This document shows positions 29,301 through 37,737 of a DNA stretch of 64,000 nt, in pieces. Source of the stretch: Bacteroidota bacterium (GTDB lineage Bacteria > Bacteroidota > Bacteroidia > Bacteroidales > UBA12077); the NCBI GenBank assembly GCA_034189025.1, contig JAXHVS010000085.1, positions 893 through 64,892 of the forward strand, written 5' to 3'. Each line of letters opens with the position of its first letter. The first letter of the stretch is position 1. The notes beneath the pieces are model-generated. The model was not told the DNA's origin, ran no database searches, and was given only the letters and a program-made list of their open reading frames with translations. A program made the position numbers and the translations under genes.

Positions 29301-29609
29301 TTGCATATCGATACAAGGTTTTGCGATATCTAATTCATCCAGTGTTTGTATTGTTTTTAATTCAATATACCGTGCACCCATTAACCAGGATGCTACAATA
29401 TTTTGTGCCATTTGAGTATGCGGGCCTGCTGCTACACCGATGGGAGAGTCAATCTGTTGATTAAACTGGGTGTTTTGGAGATGAGTGTTTTTTGTAGGAT
29501 TAAAAAAAAGTTCTTCTGGAATTCCTAAAATGCTTTTTTCTGATTCGTATTCATAAAGAATAATCTGTAAAAGATGTTTTATTGTGATTGGAGAAAAGTG
29601 ATCAGCCAT
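26385..29609 (-). CDS. ygfK: YgfK-like Fe-S/flavin oxidoreductase (TIGRFAM name: putative selenate reductase YgfK subunit)
   Basis: The ORF track starts at 29663. The Met at 29609 (MADHFSPITIKHLLQIILYEYESEKSILGIPEELFF) aligns with my recollection of the YgfK N-terminus. DHOD/DPD-like barrel region. GltD-like Cys clusters (CKDTC, CDHLCQNKC). Two Rossmann motifs (VAIVGAGPSGLSCAYYLA, VVIIGGGNTAMDAART). Two C-terminal ferredoxin motifs (CLYCDEICNICTTVCP, CNECGNCETFCP). Confidence 0.8.
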   Translation of the reverse strand: MADHFSPITIKHLLQIILYEYESEKSILGIPEELFFNPTKNTHLQNTQFNQQIDSPIGVAAGPHTQMAQNIVASWLMGARYIELKTIQTLDELDIAKPCIDMQDEGYNCEWSQELKIEESFHEYLNAWIIIHILNHKFGWKPHIATIFNMSVGYNLEGILKDNVQWFFNKMNNCSYELKEKKEQLKSIYPEIDSIKIPSQISNNITLSTMHGCPANEIEDIASYLLTEKKLHTFVKLNPTLLGANDLRTILNEKLRFKTVVPDIAFVHDLKYDDAINIIESLTNTAKREELDFGLKLTNTLESENFKSVFNDNVEMMYMSGRALHPVSIHVAQKLQTHFNGSLQLSFSGGANAFNVSEVLSCGFKTVTVSTDLLKPGGYMRLKQYFDELGSINLHSVTQEIALKNLNHYADKVLESDFYQRNTIHEPSIKTELPLNYFDCISAPCKDTCATHQDIPDYMYYTASEQFDKAYEVILKTNPFPAITGMVCDHLCQNKCTRINYDNALLIREVKRFISEQDEVKLNPIKKNNIKVAIVGAGPSGLSCAYYLALAGFSVEVFDKHFRAGGMVQYAIPGFRLTDKAIKKDFNRVTDLGVKIHYNTKIDAAKFNQLKKQNHYIFIGVGAQRSTPFQLEGIETEGVLDSLDFLLQAKKGNETGIGKNVVIIGGGNTAMDAARTAYRLVGKDGKVTIVYRRTINEMPADQGEIKAVMEEGMEIIELAGPEKIINENGRVTALLCSKMELKGTDNSRRPKPVKVNGSEFKILCDTIIPAIGQSLDIDFITEELIKSQPGNYQTQIENVFIGGDALRGGATAIKAIGDGRKIAEKIMQKASVDFSIPIPGNRKPHSKKELMLKRAKRQFAPEIIELDINDRKNFKLVSETLNKETIVNEANRCLYCDEICNICTTVCPNFANYSYEIEPVSYYLQKVIQQENGEIEIENQGLFEINQKYQILNITNFCNECGNCETFCPTNSAPYKEKPKFWLTKSSFDEAEEGFYLEKDGTLLYKQNNLQMSLMETQDEYIYNTHEIEAHFNKNDFILKDIRFKVKSAKKVEFEQAAIMSILIKPAKKLYINT

Positions 29610-29691
29610 AGTTTTATCGTTGTTTAAATAAATAATGTATTTTAACAAATTTACGTAAATCAACCCATATTGTTAAATTTCTGCTATATTT

Positions 29692-30327
29692 ATGATTGAA
29701 TTTAGAAAAAAAATGAAACAAAAGAGCGAAATAAAAAAAGATTTTTCTGTTATTATATTGGCTGCCGGGAATTCATCTCGAATGGGATTTCCTAAATTTG
29801 CTTTAAAGTATAGCGAGTCGCAAACATTTATTGAACATATCGCAGATGAATATGAAAAGTTTAGATGTACAGAGATTGTACAGGTATTAAATATTGATAA
29901 TTATAAATTTTTAAAAGAAAATAAGCTGCAATTTCCGAGAAAAACAAAAATTGTGATTAACGATCATCCAGAATGGCACCGGTTTTATTCTTTAAAGAAA
30001 GGAGTGCAGGCATTAAGTAAAAAAGTAAATATCTTTGTTCATAATGTAGATAACCCCTTTGTTAATCATGAAGTGTTAATGGCTTTAAAGCATAATGCAG
30101 ATAAATACGATTATATCTATCCAGAATTTAATAGAAGAGGAGGACATCCATTTTTACTATCCGAAAATGTTGTAAGTGATTTAAATAATTGCCTAGAGAA
30201 TCAAATTCATTTGAAAAAATTTTTAAATCAGTATCGCACGAAAAGAATTAAAGTATTGGATAATAAAGTATTAGTTAATATCAATACAAAGACTGATTAT
30301 AAAAAGTATTTTAATTGGATTGAATAA
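29692..30327 (+). CDS. mocA: MobA/MocA-like nucleotidyltransferase (Moco cytidylyl/guanylyl transferase family)
   Basis: 211 aa. Signature VIILAAGNSSRMGFPKF. Its genomic context is next to xdh. The start could be the Met at 29713. Confidence 0.65.
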   Translation: MIEFRKKMKQKSEIKKDFSVIILAAGNSSRMGFPKFALKYSESQTFIEHIADEYEKFRCTEIVQVLNIDNYKFLKENKLQFPRKTKIVINDHPEWHRFYSLKKGVQALSKKVNIFVHNVDNPFVNHEVLMALKHNADKYDYIYPEFNRRGGHPFLLSENVVSDLNNCLENQIHLKKFLNQYRTKRIKVLDNKVLVNINTKTDYKKYFNWIE

Positions 30328-32044
30328 TCGTTTGATGAATAGTATTACTAATACTCATAAAATCTTTATCTTTAATATCAAAAATCTGGTAATTTTTAAT
30401 TTCCCATTTTTTAATTACCTTTTCAACAAAACTATCACGAATAACCAGTAAAACATGGTTTTGAGAATTACGTATTATCTCTTCGATATTTTTGGCCCAA
30501 CCTTTATTTTCTAATTCTAACACACCTACTTCATCAATTATAATAATTTGTATATTGTTATTACTTGATTTTTTTATTGCTTTAACCCCTTTTTGTAATC
30601 CTTGTAGATTAATATTGAACCGGCCTATTTTTAAATTATTTCCCGTATAATCTTGTCGTAGAAAGCTTTCTCTTTCGTTGGTATTTATGTCTATTATATC
30701 GTATCCTACGGTTGTTTTACCTTGCATAACTCTGGGTGAATAGATTCCACCTAGCGCTATCCCTTTTGATTGAAAATTTTCAATGATTTTTTGAATAAAA
30801 GTTGTTTTTCCCTGTCCAATGCTGCCTGTAACGATAAATATTTTTTGTGAAAAATTCATTTGTTCTTTTACTTCGGCTAACTTCCATTCTGCTTGTGTTA
30901 CCATTTGGTTAAGTATGATTATTGGTTTCCTTAGTATGATTTTGACATCAGGCATTGAAGAAATGGTTTCCGGAAGACTGCTAAATGCCAGTTCAAGGGC
31001 CATGGGCAATTGCTTAAAGGATGATTTCAAAAAGAAGCTACGGATTTTAGGATTGTACAACTCGGTTCCTAATACCGAAAAACCAATAATGATGATGGCT
31101 GCCCTGAAGTTCATTTGTAACCCGATTAATAAACCACTTTGCAAGCTGTTTGATTGAATTTTAGTAAAGACAAAAGCTGCTACCATGGTAATTAAGAAAA
31201 AATAAATCCAAAATTTCGATTGGGTAAGTTTGCGTAATGCCCTTTTATATCTAATTAGCCATATGCCAACAATTGCAATAATAGAAAAACTCCAAACAGG
31301 CCATTCAGTATAATTGATAAATAGTAGTCCGGTGGCCATTAATAATAGATTTATAAACAAACAGTAAATGGAATAATTAAAATTAGGATTTTTCGTTTCA
31401 AACTTTCGATTGGTTTGATTGAAATGTTGAGTTCCCTTTAAATTTTTATTTTCTTTTATGATACGGCCAGTTTTTATGCCTACTACAGCAGCCGCTAAAC
31501 CAAATAATCCATATAGTGCTAAAAGTATTAATATAGGAAGCCATAATGTATCAAAATATAAATTAAGTTGATCTTGTGCATATTCTATAAGACTTTTATA
31601 AATTTCAACAATGTTATATCCGTAAAAAATAATGTAGTTCGTAATTTTTTGGAAAAGATTCCATGACATAGCAAAGATAGCTCCCATAATATATCCGGCG
31701 ATGGACCGTCCAAAAACACGAGTGAAAGTTTCAAGTAAAATGCCCTGACTAAAAATAGCAATCATTGGCCCGAAAATAACTGCACTGGGTGATAAGGTTT
31801 TCATAATGGCACAAATTAATCCGGCACGCCAAAATAGCCCTTTTTCTTTCCAGTTATAACTAATCGAAATTAAAAGAATAATACCTATAGCAGTTAAAAT
31901 GTTGCCACTAAAAGGAATTTTTAAATTATGTAAGAAACTACCTAAAACAATCTCTGAAGCAGCCCAAAAAGTTCCTATAATTGAAGCTTTTAGCCATTTG
32001 TCATTTATAATATTACTATTCATTAATTTTGTATTGGGCATCAA
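30311..32044 (-). CDS. fusion protein: N-terminal polytopic membrane domain plus C-terminal THEP1-like P-loop NTPase
   Basis: 577 aa. Residues 1 to about 385 carry some 9-10 hydrophobic helices. Residues from about 395 to 577 have Walker A IVTGSIGQGKTTF and Walker B IIIIDEVGVLE, with a layout like small stand-alone NTPases (THEP1, PF03266 type). Starts 16 nt downstream of the xdh Mo subunit gene. Confidence 0.7.
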   Translation of the reverse strand: MMPNTKLMNSNIINDKWLKASIIGTFWAASEIVLGSFLHNLKIPFSGNILTAIGIILLISISYNWKEKGLFWRAGLICAIMKTLSPSAVIFGPMIAIFSQGILLETFTRVFGRSIAGYIMGAIFAMSWNLFQKITNYIIFYGYNIVEIYKSLIEYAQDQLNLYFDTLWLPILILLALYGLFGLAAAVVGIKTGRIIKENKNLKGTQHFNQTNRKFETKNPNFNYSIYCLFINLLLMATGLLFINYTEWPVWSFSIIAIVGIWLIRYKRALRKLTQSKFWIYFFLITMVAAFVFTKIQSNSLQSGLLIGLQMNFRAAIIIIGFSVLGTELYNPKIRSFFLKSSFKQLPMALELAFSSLPETISSMPDVKIILRKPIIILNQMVTQAEWKLAEVKEQMNFSQKIFIVTGSIGQGKTTFIQKIIENFQSKGIALGGIYSPRVMQGKTTVGYDIIDINTNERESFLRQDYTGNNLKIGRFNINLQGLQKGVKAIKKSSNNNIQIIIIDEVGVLELENKGWAKNIEEIIRNSQNHVLLVIRDSFVEKVIKKWEIKNYQIFDIKDKDFMSISNTIHQTIIQSN

Positions 32045-32060
32045 AGATGTAAAAAATGAT

Positions 32061-34313
32061 TTATTTTTGGTATAACCGCATTAAAACTTTTTCAGGTGTA
32101 AACGGAGCATTAAAATCAATTTTATAATTTGAATTGAATGCTTTTATGGCATCTGCTATTGCGAAGTAGGCTCCTATTCCGTACATAAGTGGAGGTTCGC
32201 CAATAGCTTTTGACCGCAAAATGGCAAGTTCTGGACCTTCGGTTTTAAGTGGTTTAATTTCGATATTTTTAGGAACAGAATAAATATCGGGAATTTTATA
32301 AGTAGATAAGCTATTGGATAAAAGTTTTCCGTTTTTTGCATAGGATAACTCTTCCATGGTCATCCATCCAATACCTTGAACAACTGCGCCTTCTACCTGG
32401 CCATTGTCAATAATTGTATTCATACTATTTCCAAAGTCATGAACAATCTTAACATCATCAAATTCGTAAGTTCCACGAATACAGTCTAGGGTTACAGTAA
32501 TAAAGGCTGTTCCATATACATGATAAGCAAAAGGATGTCCTTTTTCTGTGGTTTTATCGAAATAAATTACCGGTGTTGCATAATGTCCATTTTCGGTTAA
32601 GCTAACCCGATCTAAAAAAGCAGTTTCGATGAGTTGTTCCCAAAGGATATTTGTTTTTTTATCTTTTTGAAAAATGATTTCATCTTTTATGGAGATATCA
32701 TTAGGCTTACAAGATAACATTTTAGCTGCAGCGTGTTTTAGTCTTTCCATCAAACCGTTACATGCAATACGCAAAGCATTTCCATTTAAATCTGCGCCAG
32801 AGCTTGCAGCTGTAGGAGATGTGTTTGCTACACGTGTTGTATTGGTTGACTCAATTTTAATTCGGTTGGAATTAATTGAAAAAATTTTTGCAGCTACCTG
32901 AATCAGTTTTGTATTAACACCCTGTCCCATTTCAACAGCACCGGTGCTAATTCCTACACTGCCATCCTGATAGATATGAACAAGGGCTCGAGCTTGATTC
33001 ATTGGCGTTTTTGTAAATGATATCCCAAAACAAATGGGCATGATAGCCATTCCTTTTTTATAGTTTTGGTTTTTAGCATTAAAAGCATCAATTTCTTGTT
33101 CAATTTTTTTAAGATGATAAAATTTATCTGCTGTTTCAAAACTTTTTTTAACATTAACATTCTCCGCAACTTGTCCATATTGGAACATATCATTTTCTTG
33201 CAAAAAGTTTTTTTCCTGAATGATTCGTTTTGAGATATTTAATTCGCAGGCTGCTTTTGCAATAGCTGATTCGATAAGAAACATTCCCTGAGGCCCTCCA
33301 AAACCACGAAAAGCCGTATTAGGAGGTAAATTTGTTTTACAGCTGTAAACGGTAACTTTTGTATTAGGAATAAAATAAGTATTTGTTGAGTGAAAAAGAG
33401 TTCGTTCTAAGATAGCTGGAGATAAATCGCTGGCTGCACCTCCATTTTGATACATAGTAGCCTGAAATGCCAGAATTTTGTAATCTTTCGATAAGCCGAT
33501 TTTAAAATCGGAACTGTAGGGATGCCGTTTTCCGGTCATCATTATATCATCGTGCCGATGAAGTGATATTTTTATTGGCTTTTGCATATGGAATGCTGCC
33601 AGTGCAGCCATACAGGCATAGGCTGTAGCCTGGTCTTCTTTTCCACCAAATGCTCCTCCTAACCTTGCCACATCAACTTCTATACGGTGCATTTTTATGT
33701 TTAAAATACGTGCGGCAATTTTCTGAACTACAGTGGCTCCCTGGGTCGATGAATGAATTTTAATGCTTCCGTTATCCATTGGATAGGCATATGATCCCTG
33801 GGTTTCAATGTATAAATGTTCCTGGCCTCCATTCTCTACTTTCCCTTCAAAAATGTAATCACAATCTTTCCATTTACTATCAATATCACCCATTTTAAAA
33901 GTACGTGGAGGAAAAAGTAACTGTCCTTTTTTCTGAGCTTCTCTGGGGTCGGTAACCACTTCCCATTCATCAATTTTAATTTTGATCAGCTTTACTGCTT
34001 TTTGTGCAATTTTTTCAGTTTGTGCAACCACAAAAGCAATGGGCTGCCCAATAAAATGAACTTCTTCTTCGGCATATAATGGCTCGTCTTCAATAATTCC
34101 ACCAATTTGATTTTGACCGGGTATATCTTTATAAGTAAAAATCCTTTCAACACCGTCTAATGCTTTTGCTTCTGAAAGGTCAATGTTTTTGATTTTTCCA
34201 TGTGCTTTAGGCGAACCAAAAATGGCACCATACAATGTTCCGGTCTGAACAGGGATATCATCAACATAAACCGATTTGCCCGTAACGTGATTTTTTGAGT
34301 CTATATTTTTCAT
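32061..34313 (-). CDS. xdhB: xanthine dehydrogenase family, molybdopterin-binding subunit
   Basis: 750 aa. Motifs GGAFGGKE, AFRGFGGPQG and AIGEPP (active-site Glu region). Size matches the Rhodobacter-type XdhB. Confidence 0.9.
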   Translation of the reverse strand: MKNIDSKNHVTGKSVYVDDIPVQTGTLYGAIFGSPKAHGKIKNIDLSEAKALDGVERIFTYKDIPGQNQIGGIIEDEPLYAEEEVHFIGQPIAFVVAQTEKIAQKAVKLIKIKIDEWEVVTDPREAQKKGQLLFPPRTFKMGDIDSKWKDCDYIFEGKVENGGQEHLYIETQGSYAYPMDNGSIKIHSSTQGATVVQKIAARILNIKMHRIEVDVARLGGAFGGKEDQATAYACMAALAAFHMQKPIKISLHRHDDIMMTGKRHPYSSDFKIGLSKDYKILAFQATMYQNGGAASDLSPAILERTLFHSTNTYFIPNTKVTVYSCKTNLPPNTAFRGFGGPQGMFLIESAIAKAACELNISKRIIQEKNFLQENDMFQYGQVAENVNVKKSFETADKFYHLKKIEQEIDAFNAKNQNYKKGMAIMPICFGISFTKTPMNQARALVHIYQDGSVGISTGAVEMGQGVNTKLIQVAAKIFSINSNRIKIESTNTTRVANTSPTAASSGADLNGNALRIACNGLMERLKHAAAKMLSCKPNDISIKDEIIFQKDKKTNILWEQLIETAFLDRVSLTENGHYATPVIYFDKTTEKGHPFAYHVYGTAFITVTLDCIRGTYEFDDVKIVHDFGNSMNTIIDNGQVEGAVVQGIGWMTMEELSYAKNGKLLSNSLSTYKIPDIYSVPKNIEIKPLKTEGPELAILRSKAIGEPPLMYGIGAYFAIADAIKAFNSNYKIDFNAPFTPEKVLMRLYQK

Positions 34314-34326
34314 AATAATTTATCCT

Positions 34327-35724
34327 TTAACTTAGCAATTCTTTTAAAGAAATCGAATTGGGAAATAATTTTATAAAATGAGCAAAGAGTAATTGTCGTA
34401 AAAGAAGCATTTTATACTCTTTGCTTCCTCTAATATCACTAATTGGAGAGATTTCGTTCTGCATAATTCTACTGGCTTTAATAATGGTACCATTGGTTAC
34501 CTGTTTTCCTATAAAGTAGGTTGATGTTTCTTTCAAGAATTTTGGAATAGGAGCTATTCCACCAGCTGAAACAGAACATTCTTCAATGATATCATTATTA
34601 ATTTTTAAAAATAGAGCACAATTTACACTTGCAATGTCTAAATGTGTTCTTTTGCTTACTTTTTCGAAGTTAAATTTAAAATTTGGTTTAGGAATGGGAA
34701 TCATTATAGTATCAATGTATTCATTTTCCTGCAAATCAATTTTTTTGTAATCTAAAAAGAAATTTTTAAGTGGTATTATTCTTTTATCATTATTATTTTT
34801 TATAACAATAGTGGCGTTTAGCGCGAGAAAAATTACGCTTAAATCGCCAATAGGCGAGGCATTTACAAAATTCCCTGCAATTGTTCCCATGTTCCGTATA
34901 GGAGCTGATGAAATAAGTTTAAAATAGGAAGTAATATTTGGTAAATATTTCTGTATTGTTTTAGATTGCATGATTTCATTTGCAGTACAACCAGCTCCAA
35001 TGTTGATGTTTTCTTTTCTTTCGTTAATTGTTTTTAAATCGTTACGGTGTGATAAAAGACTGATATCTGTATTGGCCATCTCTTCGGGTTTTTGAACCAT
35101 TAGGTCTGTTCCACCAGCAATAATTTGTCCTTTATACATGTGTGTTTGTTTATGGATATCTTTAAGCATTTCTGGAATTTCCAGAAAATATGCTGGGAGA
35201 AAATAATTATTAACCATCCAGGTTACCGGATCTTGAATATCTTTGTTTTCGAATAAAATATTAATGTTTTTGGCTGCTTTTTCAATTGATTTATAACCCG
35301 TACAACGGCAAATATTCCCACTAATTGAAGCAAGTGTTTTTTCATAATCCGATTTTTCGCGAGATAACCCTTGCCCTGTAAGAGACATGACAAAACCTGG
35401 CGTACAGAAACCACATTGGGTGGCAGAGTGGTTTACCATATTTTTTTGAATAGGGGTTAACTCTTTTAAATTTATTCCTTCGATTGTTACAATATGTTTT
35501 CCCTGGGCATTGCCTAACGGTGTTAAGCACGATACAATACTTTTATAATGTACATTTCCATGGGAAAATGTACCTTCTAAAACAGTACATGCACCGCAAT
35601 CGCCTTCGCGACAACCAATTTTGGTTCCGGGTAAATGCATTTCGTAACGAATAAAATCAAGAAGGGTGGTTCCTGGGTGTTTATCTGTTTTAACAATCTT
35701 ATGGTTAAGAATAAATGTAATCAT
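34327..35724 (-). CDS. xdhA: xanthine dehydrogenase family, [2Fe-2S]/FAD-binding subunit
   Basis: 465 aa. Plant-type 2Fe-2S CREGDCGACTV. Second cluster QCGFCTPGFVMS ... NICRCTGY. FAD domain IIAGGTDLMV. Confidence 0.9.
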   Translation of the reverse strand: MITFILNHKIVKTDKHPGTTLLDFIRYEMHLPGTKIGCREGDCGACTVLEGTFSHGNVHYKSIVSCLTPLGNAQGKHIVTIEGINLKELTPIQKNMVNHSATQCGFCTPGFVMSLTGQGLSREKSDYEKTLASISGNICRCTGYKSIEKAAKNINILFENKDIQDPVTWMVNNYFLPAYFLEIPEMLKDIHKQTHMYKGQIIAGGTDLMVQKPEEMANTDISLLSHRNDLKTINERKENINIGAGCTANEIMQSKTIQKYLPNITSYFKLISSAPIRNMGTIAGNFVNASPIGDLSVIFLALNATIVIKNNNDKRIIPLKNFFLDYKKIDLQENEYIDTIMIPIPKPNFKFNFEKVSKRTHLDIASVNCALFLKINNDIIEECSVSAGGIAPIPKFLKETSTYFIGKQVTNGTIIKASRIMQNEISPISDIRGSKEYKMLLLRQLLFAHFIKLFPNSISLKELLS

Positions 35725-35941
35725 AATCCTCAGTTTTACTGAATAAGAGATGTATATGAAAAATTATAATTGAAAAGCTTTTATTGCTATATTGTAATTT
35801 AAGCTCCTGAATTATTTTTAATTTGAATCGATAACAATGTATAAATTTATGAAATTTTATTGAATCTGTTAAGTTTACAGCTTATTTTAGTTAAATATCC
35901 TAATGAGAAGTTTTATTTTTAAAGAAAAGGGATGGAATAAA

Positions 35942-35963
35942 AAAAGCTCCTAAAGGAGCTTTT
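35942..35963 (-). terminator. rho-independent terminator of dnaA
   Basis: Stem aaaagctcc pairs with ggagctttt across a taaa loop. It begins 6 nt after the dnaA stop. The minus-strand reading is followed by a T7 run. Confidence 0.65.
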
Positions 35964-35969
35964 GTACAC

Positions 35970-37403
35970 TTAAACTTTTAGCTTTTTTTCAATGGTTTCT
36001 ATTTGGCTTTTGAAGCGTTTATCGGTATCCATTAAGTTATTAACTGTTTTGCAGGCATGTAAAACGGTTGCGTGATCTTTTCCTCCTATTAGCGCTCCAA
36101 TAGATGCTAAAGATGATTTGGTTAGAACTTTGGAAAAGTACATGGCTATTTGCCTGGCTTGAACTATTTCCCTTTTTCTTGTTTTGGACTGAAGTAGATC
36201 AGGAGAGAGGTTAAAATAATCGCATACCACTTTTTGAATATAATCAACAGAAATTTCTTTTTTAGAGTTTTTAACCAGCCTGTCAATCATCATTTTAGCC
36301 AACTCTAAGGTTATTTCTTTTCTATTTAGCGTAGACTGTGCCAAAAGAGAAATAAGCGCACCTTCCAGTTCTCTTATATTTGAAGTTATGTGTGAAGCAA
36401 TATAATCAATTACTTCTTCAGAAATTTCAATGCCGTCGTTATAGATTTTTTGTTTTAAGATTGCAATTCTTGTTTCATAATCTGGTGATTGTAAATCAGC
36501 AGATAAGCCCCATTTAAAACGGGATAGTAAACGTTGTTCCATGCCCTGCATTTCTACTGGAGCTTTGTCTGAGGTTAAAATTAACTGTTTCCCGGATTGA
36601 TGTAAATGGTTAAATATGTGAAAGAAAATATCTTGTGTTTTTTCTTTTCCAGCAAATTCATGTACGTCATCAATAATAAGTAAATCAATCATTTGATAAA
36701 AATGAAGAAAATCATTTTTATTATTGTTACGTACAGATTCAACAAATTGGGTTTGAAATTTATTAGCGTTTACATATAATACTGTTTTTTCGGGAAATTT
36801 TTCTTTCACTTTAATACCGATAGCTTGTGAAAGATGGGTTTTTCCCAATCCTGAATCTCCATACAAAAATAGTGGGTTAAATGCAGTGCCACCTGGATTA
36901 TCGGCTACAGCATTTCCCGCTGATCTGGCTAGTCTGTTGCATTCTCCCTCAACAAAATTGTTAAAATTATTGTCGGGATTTAACATTGGATCTACATGTA
37001 GTTTCTTTATACCAGGGATAATAAATGGATTCTTTATGGATTGTTCTTCGGAATTAAAAGGCACCGATACCGGTTTATTTTTTAATTCTGTTTTATAGTT
37101 CGTAGGAAATTTAACAGTAAATGGCTTATTATTAGAATATAAGCTGTTTTCCATAACTACGCTATACTCTAACTTGGCATTGTTTCCCAACTCTTTGCGG
37201 AGTGTTTTTCTTAAAATGTCAATGTATTGTTCTTCTAAATATTCATAAAAAAAGGGACTTGGTACTTGGATGGTGAGAACATTGTCATTTAATTTAAGGG
37301 GTACAATAGGTTCAAACCATGTTCTAAAACTAATTGAAGGTACATTATCCTTAATAATTCTTAAGCAATTGTCCCATACTTCCTGATATTTTTTACTATC
37401 CAT
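35970..37403 (-). CDS. dnaA: chromosomal replication initiator DnaA
   Basis: 477 aa. Walker A GDSGLGKTHL, Walker B LIIDDVHEF, and the C-terminal DNA-binding region REIVQARQIAMYF...DHATVLHA. Confidence 0.95.
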   Translation of the reverse strand: MDSKKYQEVWDNCLRIIKDNVPSISFRTWFEPIVPLKLNDNVLTIQVPSPFFYEYLEEQYIDILRKTLRKELGNNAKLEYSVVMENSLYSNNKPFTVKFPTNYKTELKNKPVSVPFNSEEQSIKNPFIIPGIKKLHVDPMLNPDNNFNNFVEGECNRLARSAGNAVADNPGGTAFNPLFLYGDSGLGKTHLSQAIGIKVKEKFPEKTVLYVNANKFQTQFVESVRNNNKNDFLHFYQMIDLLIIDDVHEFAGKEKTQDIFFHIFNHLHQSGKQLILTSDKAPVEMQGMEQRLLSRFKWGLSADLQSPDYETRIAILKQKIYNDGIEISEEVIDYIASHITSNIRELEGALISLLAQSTLNRKEITLELAKMMIDRLVKNSKKEISVDYIQKVVCDYFNLSPDLLQSKTRKREIVQARQIAMYFSKVLTKSSLASIGALIGGKDHATVLHACKTVNNLMDTDKRFKSQIETIEKKLKV

Positions 37404-37737
37404 TTAACTCTCAAGTATTTTAAAATTTCCACTACTTTTTAATTGCTCTAACAAATTTGTGAAAAAAAACATGAAAAAAAAATTAAAATTCTGTTGTATT
37501 TTTCAATTATATTATATTGAATTTTGAATCAGCCTATTAAAATTTTTAAAAAAATAAATAAAATTTATTATTTTGATTATCAGGTGTTTAATTTATCCTT
37601 ATGTTAATAAATTGTTAACTAAACATTTAAAAAAAATTATTTAAAGAATAATATTAGATTTAAATTTTTATTTCGATTTTATTTTAAAAAAAATAAAATT
37701 TATAATTAGTCTAATCTAATAGAAGATTTTTTGATCT
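37404..37737. other. extremely AT-rich dnaA-upstream spacer, a candidate oriC/DUE and dnaA promoter region
   Basis: My hand count gives about 40 G+C in 37441-37740, roughly 13% GC. I found only one imperfect DnaA-box-like 9-mer (TTATCCTTA, 37593-37601, 7/9 to TTATCCACA). Confidence 0.3.
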
